Shown one piece after another: positions 8,279 to 17,200 of a DNA stretch of 64,000 nucleotides. Position 1 is the stretch's first letter. The number at the start of each line of letters is the position of its first letter. The DNA comes from Acidobacteriota bacterium. GTDB taxonomy: Bacteria > Acidobacteriota > Vicinamibacteria > Vicinamibacterales > Fen-181. Under the pieces are notes generated by a model. The model ran no database searches and was not told where the DNA came from. It worked only from the letters and a program-made list of their open reading frames with translations. Location: the NCBI GenBank assembly GCA_017883185.1, contig JADGOB010000003.1:7136-71135 (forward strand), given 5' to 3'. The position numbers and the translations under genes were made by a program.

Positions 8279-10963
8279 ATGACCTCGAATGAAATCCGCG
8301 CGTCCTTCCTCGCGTTCTTCGCGCGGCAGGGACACCGCATTGCGGCCAGCTCGCCACTCGTTCCGGGCAACGATCCGACGCTGCTGTTCACCAACGCCGG
8401 GATGAACCAGTTCAAGGACACCTTCCTCGGGAAGGAGCCCCGCGACTACACTCGCGCCACCAGCTCGCAGAAGTGCATGCGGGTCAGCGGCAAGCACAAC
8501 GACCTCGAGAACGTCGGGCCGTCGCTGCGCCACCACACGTTCTTCGAGATGCTCGGTAATTTCTCCTTCGGCGACTACTTCAAGACCGACGCGATTGCCT
8601 TCGCGTGGATGCTGCTCACCGAGGAGTGGAAGCTCCCGCCCGAGCGGCTGCACGCCACCGTCTTCATGGGCGACGATACGGTGCCGCGCGACCACGAGGC
8701 ATACGAACTCTGGCGGGCATACCTGCCGTCCGACCAGATCAGCGAGCTGGGCGAGGACAACTTCTGGGCGATGGGCGAGACCGGGCCGTGCGGCCGCTGC
8801 TCGGAAGTCCATTACTTCCGCGGCGACCACCTGCCCTGCGCCGAGCCCGTCTGCAAGGGCGTCGCGTGCTCGTGCGACCGCTACGTCGAGATCTGGAACA
8901 ACGTGTTCATGGAGTTTGACCGCCAGCCGGACGGCTCGCTGAAAAGGTTGCCCGCCCCGTCGATCGACACCGGCATGGGCCTCGAGCGGATCACGGCCGT
9001 CCTGCAGGGCGTGCTCTCCAACTACGACACCGATCTGTTCACGCCCCTGCTCGGCGCCATCAGCGATCAGGCGGGCACCCGCTACGGCGGGTCGATGTCG
9101 CCACACGACGTCTCGATGCGGGTGGTGGCCGATCACTCGCGCGCGGCCACGTTCCTCATCGCGGACGGCGTCGTCCCCTCGAACGAATGGCGCGGCTACG
9201 TCCTTCGGAAGATCATGCGTCGGGCGATGCGGCACGGGAAGCGCCTCGGCATGACCGAGCCGTTCCTGTACCGACTGGTGGACGTGCTCGTGCGCGAGAT
9301 GGGCGCCGCGTACCCCGAGATCCGCGATCAGCGCGAGTACATCCAGCGGTTGATCCGGACGGAAGAGGAACGGTTCGAGTCGGTGCTGACCACCGGCCTG
9401 CCCCGCCTCGAGGAATTCCTCGACCGCGCGGCGTCCGGCCACCGGGTTCTGGCCGGCGACGACGCCTTCCGCCTCTACGACACCTTCGGCGTCCCGCTCG
9501 ACTTCATCGAGGACATGGCCACCGAGCGCCAGGTCACGCTCGACCACGCCGCGTTCGAGCGGGCGATGGAAGCGCAGCGCGAGAAGGCGCGGGCCGGCCA
9601 CGGCTTTGGCGCCGCGAAGGCCGAATCGCTGTTGTTCGAGGAGGCCACCGCGTCGCTGCGCGGCACGGCGGACCGTTTCGAAGGGTACGCGGCCACGCGC
9701 GTGGCCGGCGCGCCGATCCTGGCTGTCCTCGACGAAGAAGGCCACAGGCTCGACGCGCTGACCGAGGGACAGGTGGGCTACGTGGCGCTCGACCGCACCC
9801 CCTTCTACATCGAAGCGGGCGGCCAGGTGTCCGACACCGGGACGATGGTTGCCGCGTCCGGCGCCGGACGCGCACGCGTCGAGGGACTCGCGCGCGCGGG
9901 CGCGGAGCGTCCCCGCCTGCACAGGGTCCGCGTCGAGACCGGCGTCCTGCGCGAACGGGACCTCGTGACAGCCGAGGTCGACGAGACCGCACGCGACGCC
10001 ACGCGGCGCAACCACACCGCCACTCACCTGCTGCACGCCGCGCTCCGGCAGGTTCTCGGCTCGCACGTCAAGCAGGCCGGATCGCTGGTGGCGCCCGATC
10101 GGCTGCGGTTCGACTTCGTCCACTTCGCCGCCATCACCGAGCCCCAGCTCGACGATATCGAGCGGATCGTCAACGGACAGATCTGGAAGAACCTGCCCGT
10201 CGAGACGGACGTGCGCTCCACCGAGGAGGCGATTGCCGCCGGAGCGATGGCGCTCTTCGGCGAGAAGTACGGCAGCAGCGTGCGCGTGGTCTCGGTGCCC
10301 GGCTTCAGCCTGGAGCTGTGCGGCGGCACGCACGTCAAGGCGACAGGCGATATCGGTCTCTTCACCATCGTCCAGGAAAGCGGCGTGGCGGCCGGCGTCA
10401 GGCGAATCGAGGCGTTCACGGGCGCAGGGGCCCTGCACCTCCACCAGGAGCAGCGCCGCAGCATCCAGATGATGCTGGCGGCGCTCAAGGCGCCCGCGAA
10501 CCAGGCCGTGGCCGCCATCGAGCGGTTCCAGGCCGAAGCCAGGCGGCTGGCGCGCGAAAACAGCCAGCTGAAGATGAAGGTCGCGATGGGCGGCGGCGCC
10601 CCCGGGCAGCCAGACGATGACACGGTGGACGCCGGCGGCGTGAAGATGGTGGCGCGGCGGGTCGCAGGGCTCGACAAGTCCGCGCTCGGGCAGCTGGCAG
10701 ACACGCTCAAGAACAAGCTCCAGAGCGGCGTCGTGATGCTGGCGTCCGAGAACGAGGGGCGTGTCTCGATCGTCGTGTCGGTGACGAAGGACCTCGTCCC
10801 CCGGATCCACGCCGGCAACATCGTCAAGAAGATCGCCCCGATCGTGGGCGGCGGCGGAGGCGGACGGCCGGATTTCGCAGAAGCCGGCGGGAAGAACCCG
10901 GCCGGGATCGATCAGATGCTCGAGGAATCGCGCAAGGTTGTCGCCGAGATGGCGAAGGTGTAG
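8279..10963 (+). CDS. alaS: Alanine--tRNA ligase
   Basis: 894 aa. FTNAGMNQFK, HHTFFEMLGNFSFGDYFK, editing-domain HTATHLLHAAL, C-terminal GGGGGGRPDFAEAGG. Confidence 0.97.
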   Translation: MTSNEIRASFLAFFARQGHRIAASSPLVPGNDPTLLFTNAGMNQFKDTFLGKEPRDYTRATSSQKCMRVSGKHNDLENVGPSLRHHTFFEMLGNFSFGDYFKTDAIAFAWMLLTEEWKLPPERLHATVFMGDDTVPRDHEAYELWRAYLPSDQISELGEDNFWAMGETGPCGRCSEVHYFRGDHLPCAEPVCKGVACSCDRYVEIWNNVFMEFDRQPDGSLKRLPAPSIDTGMGLERITAVLQGVLSNYDTDLFTPLLGAISDQAGTRYGGSMSPHDVSMRVVADHSRAATFLIADGVVPSNEWRGYVLRKIMRRAMRHGKRLGMTEPFLYRLVDVLVREMGAAYPEIRDQREYIQRLIRTEEERFESVLTTGLPRLEEFLDRAASGHRVLAGDDAFRLYDTFGVPLDFIEDMATERQVTLDHAAFERAMEAQREKARAGHGFGAAKAESLLFEEATASLRGTADRFEGYAATRVAGAPILAVLDEEGHRLDALTEGQVGYVALDRTPFYIEAGGQVSDTGTMVAASGAGRARVEGLARAGAERPRLHRVRVETGVLRERDLVTAEVDETARDATRRNHTATHLLHAALRQVLGSHVKQAGSLVAPDRLRFDFVHFAAITEPQLDDIERIVNGQIWKNLPVETDVRSTEEAIAAGAMALFGEKYGSSVRVVSVPGFSLELCGGTHVKATGDIGLFTIVQESGVAAGVRRIEAFTGAGALHLHQEQRRSIQMMLAALKAPANQAVAAIERFQAEARRLARENSQLKMKVAMGGGAPGQPDDDTVDAGGVKMVARRVAGLDKSALGQLADTLKNKLQSGVVMLASENEGRVSIVVSVTKDLVPRIHAGNIVKKIAPIVGGGGGGRPDFAEAGGKNPAGIDQMLEESRKVVAEMAKV

Positions 10964-10989
10964 GCGCCTGATGCCGAAAGGATGCTGCC

Positions 10990-12063
10990 ATGGGTGTGTT
11001 CGATTTCATCAAGGGCGAGCTGATCGATGTCATCGAGTGGACCGATGACTCGCGGGACACGCTGTCGTACCGCTACCCCGACGACGACAAGGCGATCAAG
11101 AACGGCGCGCAGCTGATCGTCCGCGAGTCGCAGGTCGCGCAGTTCATGTACCTGGGCCAGTTCGGCGACACCTTCAGCCCAGGCAAGCACACGCTCACGA
11201 CCGACAACATCCCGGTCCTGACCAAACTGCAGTCGTGGAAGTACGGCTTCAACTCGCCGTTCAAGGCCGACGTCTACTACATCGCCTCGCGGCTCTTCAC
11301 CGGCAACAAGTGGGGCACGTCCAACCCCATCATGGTGCGCGACCAGGACTTCGGGATCGTGCGCATGCGGGCGTTCGGCACCTTCGACTTCAAGATCATC
11401 GAGCCGAAGCTGTTCCTCAGGGAGGTCGCGGGCTCCGACCAGCACTTCCGACTCGACGAGTTCTCCGAGACGATGAGGTCGCGCATCGTCAGCCTGTTCA
11501 GCGAGGCGCTGGCGTCGTCGCACGTGCCGGCACTGGACGTGGCCACTCGCTACACCGAGCTGGGCGAAGCGCTGCTCCCGCTGATCAACCCGGTGGTCGG
11601 CGGCAAGTACGGCCTCGAGATCACCAGCTTCATCGTCGAGAACGTGTCGGTGCCGCCGGAGGTCGAACAGGCGATCGACAAGCGGTCGAGCATGGCCGCG
11701 GTCGGCAACCTGAACGACTTCGTGAAATACCAGATGGGCAAGGGCATGGAGACGGGGACGGCGGGCGGCGGCGGGATGGCCGCGGAGCTTGCCGTCGGCT
11801 TCGGGATCGCGCAGCAGATGATGCAGCAGGGCATGAGCCCGGCCCAGGCGGGTTCTGCGGCGGCGAAAGGAGCGGCCGAGGCTGCCATGGCACCCGTGGC
11901 TCCGTCAGTGGCGCTGCTCTCCCCTGCCGATGTCGCGAAGCAGCTGGGTGTCCCGGAAACCGATGTGATGGCGATTATCGAGTCGGGCGAGCTCAAGGCG
12001 AAGAAGATTGGCGCCAGCTACCGGATGACGAAGGCGGCGCTCGACACTTATCTGGCCCAGTAG
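10990..12063 (+). CDS. SPFH/Band-7 family protein (YdjI/COG4260-like) with C-terminal excisionase-type HTH
   Basis: N-terminus MGVFDFIKGELIDVIEWTDDS ... KYGFNSPFKADVYY typical of this SPFH subfamily. Gly/Ala/Gln/Met-rich linker. C-terminus LLSPADVAKQLGVPETDVMAIIESGELKAKKIGASYRMTKAALDTYL resembles an HTH_17/excisionase domain. Confidence 0.8.
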   Translation: MGVFDFIKGELIDVIEWTDDSRDTLSYRYPDDDKAIKNGAQLIVRESQVAQFMYLGQFGDTFSPGKHTLTTDNIPVLTKLQSWKYGFNSPFKADVYYIASRLFTGNKWGTSNPIMVRDQDFGIVRMRAFGTFDFKIIEPKLFLREVAGSDQHFRLDEFSETMRSRIVSLFSEALASSHVPALDVATRYTELGEALLPLINPVVGGKYGLEITSFIVENVSVPPEVEQAIDKRSSMAAVGNLNDFVKYQMGKGMETGTAGGGGMAAELAVGFGIAQQMMQQGMSPAQAGSAAAKGAAEAAMAPVAPSVALLSPADVAKQLGVPETDVMAIIESGELKAKKIGASYRMTKAALDTYLAQ

Positions 12064-12180
12064 CAGGAAGGCGGAAAGGCGGAAAGGCGGCCTGCCCTGA
12101 GCGAGCGGAGCGAGTCGAAGGGAAGGCGGGAAGGCGGGCCTGCCGTGCCGAAGCGCGAAAGCGGGAAGGCGGAGAGGCGG
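12064..12180 (+). repeat. Intergenic GGAAGGCGG-rich element, two tandem ~55-nt units
   Basis: Unit 1 (about 12066-12119): GGAAGGCGGAAAGGCGGAAAGGCGGCCTGCCCTGAGCGAGCGGAGCGAGTCGAAG. Unit 2 (about 12120-12180): GGGAAGGCGGGAAGGCGGGCCTGCCGTGCCGAAGCGCGAAAGCGGGAAGGCGGAGAGGCGG. Confidence 0.7.
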
Positions 12181-12185
12181 ACCCG

Positions 12186-13280
12186 ATGACCGAGATCGTC
12201 GCGCTCGAGAAGTACCCGTGCGCGGCGTGCGGCGCCCAGGCGGAATGGAATCCGTCGCAGCAGACGCTCGTCTGCCCGTTTTGTGGCACCGAGACGCCGT
12301 ACGTCGTAGACAAGGACACCGGGAAGATCCAGGAACTGGACCTGGTTGCCGCATTGCGGGCACTCCCGGATGAGCAGCGCGGCTGGCAGACCGAGCGCCG
12401 CAGCGTGCAGTGCCAGAGCTGCAAGGCGGTCATGGTCTACGACCCGGAGCGGGTCGGGCAGAACTGCGAGTTCTGCGGCTCTCCCGCGCTCGTGGACTAC
12501 CAGGAGATCAAGTCTCCGATTCGCCCCCAGAGCCTGCTCCCCTTCAAGATCACGCCGGCCCAGGTCCGCGAACGCATGCGCTCCTGGTATGGCGGCCGCT
12601 GGTTCGCCCCTGGCGCGCTGAAGAGCAAGGCCCTGGTCGATCAGATCAAGGGGATCTACATCCCGTACTGGACCTTCGACGCGCAGGCCGAGTGTCCGTG
12701 GCGGGCCGAGGCGGGCTACTACTATTACGTGCAGGAGGAATACCGGGACAACGAGGGAAAGAGGCAGGTCCGGCAGGCCCAGAAAGTCCGCTGGGAGCCG
12801 GCGAGCGGCCGGATCGCCCACCTCTTCGACGACGAACCGGTGTCCGGCAGCCGGGGAATCGACACGGGGCTGTTGAAGGGGATCGAGCCCTTCCCCACGA
12901 AAGAGCTGGTGCCGTACGACACCGCCTACCTCGCGGGCTACATCGTCGAGCACTACCAGGTGGTCCTGGTGGATGCGGCCAGGCAGGCTCGTGAGGAAAT
13001 GAACGCGGAACTCATGCAACTGTGCTCGCGCGAGGTCCCGGGGGATACGCAGCGAAGCCTCGAGATCTTCCCTGCCTATTCGGGGGAGACGTTCAAGCAC
13101 ATCCTCGTCCCGGTGTGGTTGTTGACCTACACCTACGGTCGCCGCGTGTTCCAGGTCGTGGCAAACGGCTACACGGGCACCATTGCCGGCCAATACCCGA
13201 AGAGCCCGTGGAAGATTGCGGCGGGGGTGGCCCTGATCGTCGTCATTGTCGTCATCCTCCTGGTGCTCGGGCAGCGATAG
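12186..13280 (+). CDS. Double zinc-ribbon protein with C-terminal transmembrane anchor (YdjG-like partner of SPFH proteins)
   Basis: Start set to ATG 12186 inside ORF 11235..13280; the upstream part runs through a repeat element and the SPFH gene in another frame. Two CxxC...CxxC ribbons (CAACGAQ...CPFCG; CQSCKAV...CEFCG). Terminal TM helix WKIAAGVALIVVIVVILLVLG. Confidence 0.7.
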   Translation: MTEIVALEKYPCAACGAQAEWNPSQQTLVCPFCGTETPYVVDKDTGKIQELDLVAALRALPDEQRGWQTERRSVQCQSCKAVMVYDPERVGQNCEFCGSPALVDYQEIKSPIRPQSLLPFKITPAQVRERMRSWYGGRWFAPGALKSKALVDQIKGIYIPYWTFDAQAECPWRAEAGYYYYVQEEYRDNEGKRQVRQAQKVRWEPASGRIAHLFDDEPVSGSRGIDTGLLKGIEPFPTKELVPYDTAYLAGYIVEHYQVVLVDAARQAREEMNAELMQLCSREVPGDTQRSLEIFPAYSGETFKHILVPVWLLTYTYGRRVFQVVANGYTGTIAGQYPKSPWKIAAGVALIVVIVVILLVLGQR

Positions 13281-13313
13281 GAGGAGAGAACCTCGCGCGG
13301 GCACCGAACGGGG

Positions 13314-14072
13314 GTGCAGAAAAACGGCCGAGATGCCGATAAACGATTTGAGGTGGGTTTTCTGCGCTGCGTCCTGCTCGCCCTGTCCCTCGTCGCGACC
13401 GCTTCGGTCGCCGATGCGCAGATTTACACCTGGCGGGATGCGAGCGGGTCGCTGGTCTTGTCCGATCGCGCGCCGGCCGATCCCTCCATCGAGGTTCGCA
13501 CCTTCAAGGTGCCCCACTCGACCGAACCGGTCCTCGTCACGAAGCCGACGTCCCGTGACTACCGCGACAGCTACGACGGCCTGATCGTCGAGCAGGCGGG
13601 CGCAAAGGGGATCCGTCCGGATCTCGTGCGGGCGGTCGTCCAGGTCGAGTCGGGCTACAACCCACGCGCGGTGTCGCGGAAAGGGGCGCTCGGCCTGATG
13701 CAACTGATGCCCTCGACGGCGGCCCACCTGGGTGTTGGCTCGCCGTTCGACCCGGCAGAGAATATCCGCGGGGGCACGACCTACCTCCGGCAGCTCCTCG
13801 ATCGCTACGGCGAGAACGAGGAACTGGCCCTGGCCGCCTACAACGCGGGCCCGGAAGCGGTCGGCCGCTACGGCAACAAGGTCCCTCCCTACCGCGAGAC
13901 CCGCGATTACGTCCGCAAGGTGAAGACGCAGACACCGGTCAAGACCAGCCGGCCCGGGCGCCCGGTCTACTACAGGACGGTCGAAATCATCGACGGCCGC
14001 TCCGTGATCCGCTACTCCGACACACCACCAGCCTCCGGCGCCTACAAAATCATCGACCCGGCCCGGTTCTAA
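13314..14072 (+). CDS. Lytic transglycosylase (SLT domain) with N-terminal DUF4124-like segment
   Basis: Signal peptide (FLRCVLLALSLVATASVADA), IYTWRDASGSLVLSD, SLT catalytic region VVQVESGYNPRAVSRKGALGLMQLMPSTA and AAYNAGP. The start could instead be GTG 13353. Confidence 0.85.
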   Translation: MQKNGRDADKRFEVGFLRCVLLALSLVATASVADAQIYTWRDASGSLVLSDRAPADPSIEVRTFKVPHSTEPVLVTKPTSRDYRDSYDGLIVEQAGAKGIRPDLVRAVVQVESGYNPRAVSRKGALGLMQLMPSTAAHLGVGSPFDPAENIRGGTTYLRQLLDRYGENEELALAAYNAGPEAVGRYGNKVPPYRETRDYVRKVKTQTPVKTSRPGRPVYYRTVEIIDGRSVIRYSDTPPASGAYKIIDPARF

Positions 14073-14097
14073 ACTAACGCGACAATCCGGCTTGCGA

Positions 14098-14207
14098 CCC
14101 TTCGACTCGCGGCTTGATTCCTACTGAATCCTGAATCCCGGCTCCTGGATCCCTCGCCTCCCCGCCTTCGCCATTCTGGCTTCGGCGCGGCAAGCCCGCC
14201 TTCCCAG
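14098..14207 (-). repeat. Inverted copy of the GGAAGGCGG-rich element
   Basis: The reverse complement of 14151-14206 reads TGGGAAGGCGGGCTTGCCGCGCCGAAGCCAGAATGGCGAAGGCGGGGAGGCGAGGG. About 25 of the first 27 positions match 12129-12155. The reverse complement of 14098-14110 (GCGAGTCGAAGGG) matches 12110-12122 exactly. Confidence 0.65.
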
Positions 14208-14280
14208 GTGGCCGATTCCGCTCCTTTGGCGTCTAAGATGGTGCGTGCGGCCTATCCGAGGCAAGGGAACACCGCCAACG

Positions 14281-14286
14281 AAGGAG
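14281..14286 (+). promoter_or_regulatory. Shine-Dalgarno AAGGAG for the TPR-CHAT gene
   Basis: AAGGAG-TCCTC-GTG. Supports GTG 14292 as the start rather than the upstream 14208 of the ORF track. Confidence 0.6.
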
Positions 14287-14291
14287 TCCTC

Positions 14292-17200
14292 GTGCGACGT
14301 TCACGCTCGTTGCCCAGTGGCCTCGTCCTCGTCGTTGTCCTGTCGGGTACCATTCCCGATCGCGCCTCGGCCCAACCGCCGCCGGCCTCCTCCCTGGCGC
14401 CGACGGTGTCCTCCCAACAGACTGGCGCGCCGAAAGCGGCGCAGACATTGACCGCGGCAGAGGCCGAACGGACGTTCAAGGAGCTGCTACAGCGCTACTT
14501 CGAGGCCTACGCCCGTAAGGACATCGAAGGCATGACGACCCTCTGGCACACGGGAGGACCCGCGCGCTACCGGCGCAACGTGGTCCTGGTGGAGTTCGAC
14601 CTCAGGCAAGTGGATCTGGCCGGCCTCACCGTGCACAATGCGGGCGCGGACCCCGGCGGCGGCCGGGCGCGCGCCATCCTCGAACTGCGGGTGACCAACA
14701 CAAAGACGAAGCGTGTCCGCAACGAGCGAAGGATTCGCGATTTCACCTTTCTCCAGGACGACTCAGGTGCCTGGAAGATCTGGAACGAAGTGTCGCCCGC
14801 AGGGGAATTGGCCCGCCGGCTGCTCGCCGTTCCCGCCGACCAGCGTGACGCGTTGATCGCGTCGGAGCCGGAGCTGTCGTCCGACGACACGCTGGCGGGC
14901 CTGACGAACGAGGCGGGCAGACTGCAGGGACTGCAGAAACCCGACGAGGTGCTCGACGCGCTGGGCGCCCAGGGCCGGCTGGCCCGCGCCCTGGGGAATC
15001 AGGACGTCCTTGGAACGAGCCTCATGCGAGTGGGCTCGCTGCGCATGATGACCGGCCGCTACCCGGAAGCGTCAGAGGCGTTCACGGCCGCGCGGGAAGC
15101 GTTCGTCACCGAAGAGAACCAGGCCGAGATAGCCGCCTGCGACGCGAACCTGGCGAATCTCGCCTACATGCAGGGTCGTTTCGCGGAAGCCGGCGAGCGC
15201 TACCAGCAGGCGTTCGACGTCTTCGAGAAGCAGAATGACGACGCACGAATGGCGAGCACGCTGCACGGCCTTGGCAACGCGCTCTACATGCAGACGGATT
15301 TCTCACGGGCGCTCGAGTACTACACGCGGGCGGTGACGGTCCTGCAGCGCACGAAGGACAGGTTCCGCGAAGCGAGCGTCCTCCAGGCGATCGCGATGGT
15401 CCACAAGGAACTGGGCGACTACGCCCCAGCCGCCGATGCCTGGCGCCAGAGCCTCGCGCTCACCGAGGCCGGGGGTGACGTGGCCGCTGCGGCGAGGGCA
15501 TGGTCGGGGCTGGGCGAGATCTTCCGGCTCCAGGGCGATCTGGGCCGCGCGCTCCAGCACCACTTGAAGAGCCTGCAACTCTGGGAGCAGGTGAAGAACG
15601 TGGCCACGCGCGCAGCAAGCACCTACGCCATTGGCCAGCTCTACGCGCTGCAGCGCAATTTCGCCCGTGCCATCGAGTTCTACCAGAAGGCGCTGGAACT
15701 GGACCAGTCGATCACCGACGACCTGAGGGCATCGGAAGGCGGCCAGGCAAGGGATCTCGGGGGACTGGGAGGTGCTCACTTGGCGCAGGGCCAGCCGGAC
15801 GTAGCGCTCGGCGAGTACGAGAAAAGCCTGCTGTTGCGAGAGCACACGCAGGACGAGGTCGGCGTGATGTGGACGCTGGTGCACATGGGCGTCCTGCACA
15901 CATCGCAGCATCGTCCGGACGAAGCCGAGAAGGCGTTCGAACGCAGCCTGGCGCTGGCGGAATCCAGGTACGACCAAGATACCATCTCCACGATTCTGGC
16001 CCTCAGGGGGCAGTTGGAACTGGACGAAGGAAAGGTCGACGCCGCGCTGGCGTCGGCCGCGCGCGCCGCTGAACTCGCCGTCTCAATCGAGCACTTCGAC
16101 ACGGTTGCGTATGCCCGAGTCGTCACCGGCAGGGCGCACCAGAAAGCCGAGCGAGCGGCGGAGGCCCGCGCAGCCTACGAGGACGCGATCTCGGCGCTGG
16201 GCAAGGTCCCGCTCGGCCCGGCGGCCGAGACCTTCTTCGACAATCGTCGCGCGCCCTACCTGGCTATGGTCGACCTGCTGGCCGGCCAGGGTAACCTGGC
16301 CGAGGCCTTCCGCTGGTCTGAACGCGGTCGCCAGCAGGTGCTGGCCGACATGCTCGGCGGCGACGGCGCCGTCGTCTCCAAGGGCCTGACGACGGACGAG
16401 CGGGACCTCGAGCGCACGATTGCAAGGGACCTGCGAACGCTCGCCGTGAAGCTCCGTCGCGAACGGGGTCGGCAGAAGCCTGACGCCACTCGTCTTGCCG
16501 CGCTGCAGGCTGAACAGGGCACCCGGCAGGTCGACCGGGACGCGCTGCGGCGACGCATCTACGACGCGCATCCAACCCTTCGCGCCATGCGGGCGCAGGG
16601 AGAACCGAGCGGCCCCGAGGCCGCCTCCGTCCTCGGCACACCGGCTGCGGCCCTGGTGTCGTTCGTGGTCGGCGAGACCCGGACGTGGGTGTTCGCCCTC
16701 GCGAAGGACCCGACCGCGGGCACGTGGGGAGTACAGAAGGTGGCCGCCATCGACGTTCAGGCGGCGGACCTGAGCCGGCAGGTGCGACGGTTCCGCGAAG
16801 CGATCGCGAAAAAGGACAACCGTGCGGTGGAGATCGGCCGCGAGCTGCACACCCTGCTCCTCGAGCCGGTGCAAGAAGTGCTGGCCAGGAAATCCAGGTT
16901 GGTGATCGTGCCGGATGCGTTCCTGTGGTCGCTGCCATTCGAAGCGCTGCAGACGTCCGTCGGCCACTTCCTCGTCGAGGATGCCTCGGTGACGTTAGCG
17001 CCGTCCCTGACTGGCCTCGTGGCGCTCGACAGCCTGCGCCCGGAGGCCACCTCGCGTCGTGCGCTCGTGGCCTTCGGCAAGCCTGTTCTCGGAAGGGCGA
17101 TCGAGGAACGTCTGGCGCTGGTGAGGCCGGCCGCGCCCACCGCGCAGCCACCGGCGGCCGACCGCGAGGTAGAGGGCGTCGCGTTGCTGTTCGGGCCGAG

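Noticed and set aside
7943-10810. 955-aa ORF antisense to alaS; similar long ORFs include 27..1619, 12048..13727, 16083..17563, 57001..58839 and 58749..60263
   Set aside because: These lie opposite genes with unambiguous conserved products. Their translations are Arg/Ala/Gly/Pro-rich low-complexity strings with no recognisable motifs. This is typical of stop-codon-poor shadow frames in high-GC DNA.
11235-12185. N-terminal 317 codons of ORF 11235..13280, which would make a 681-aa zinc-ribbon protein
   Set aside because: This part overlaps the SPFH gene out of frame and reads straight through the GGAAGGCGG repeat element. The translation is Arg/Gly-rich junk until MTEIVALEKYPCAACG at 12186, where the protein-like sequence begins.
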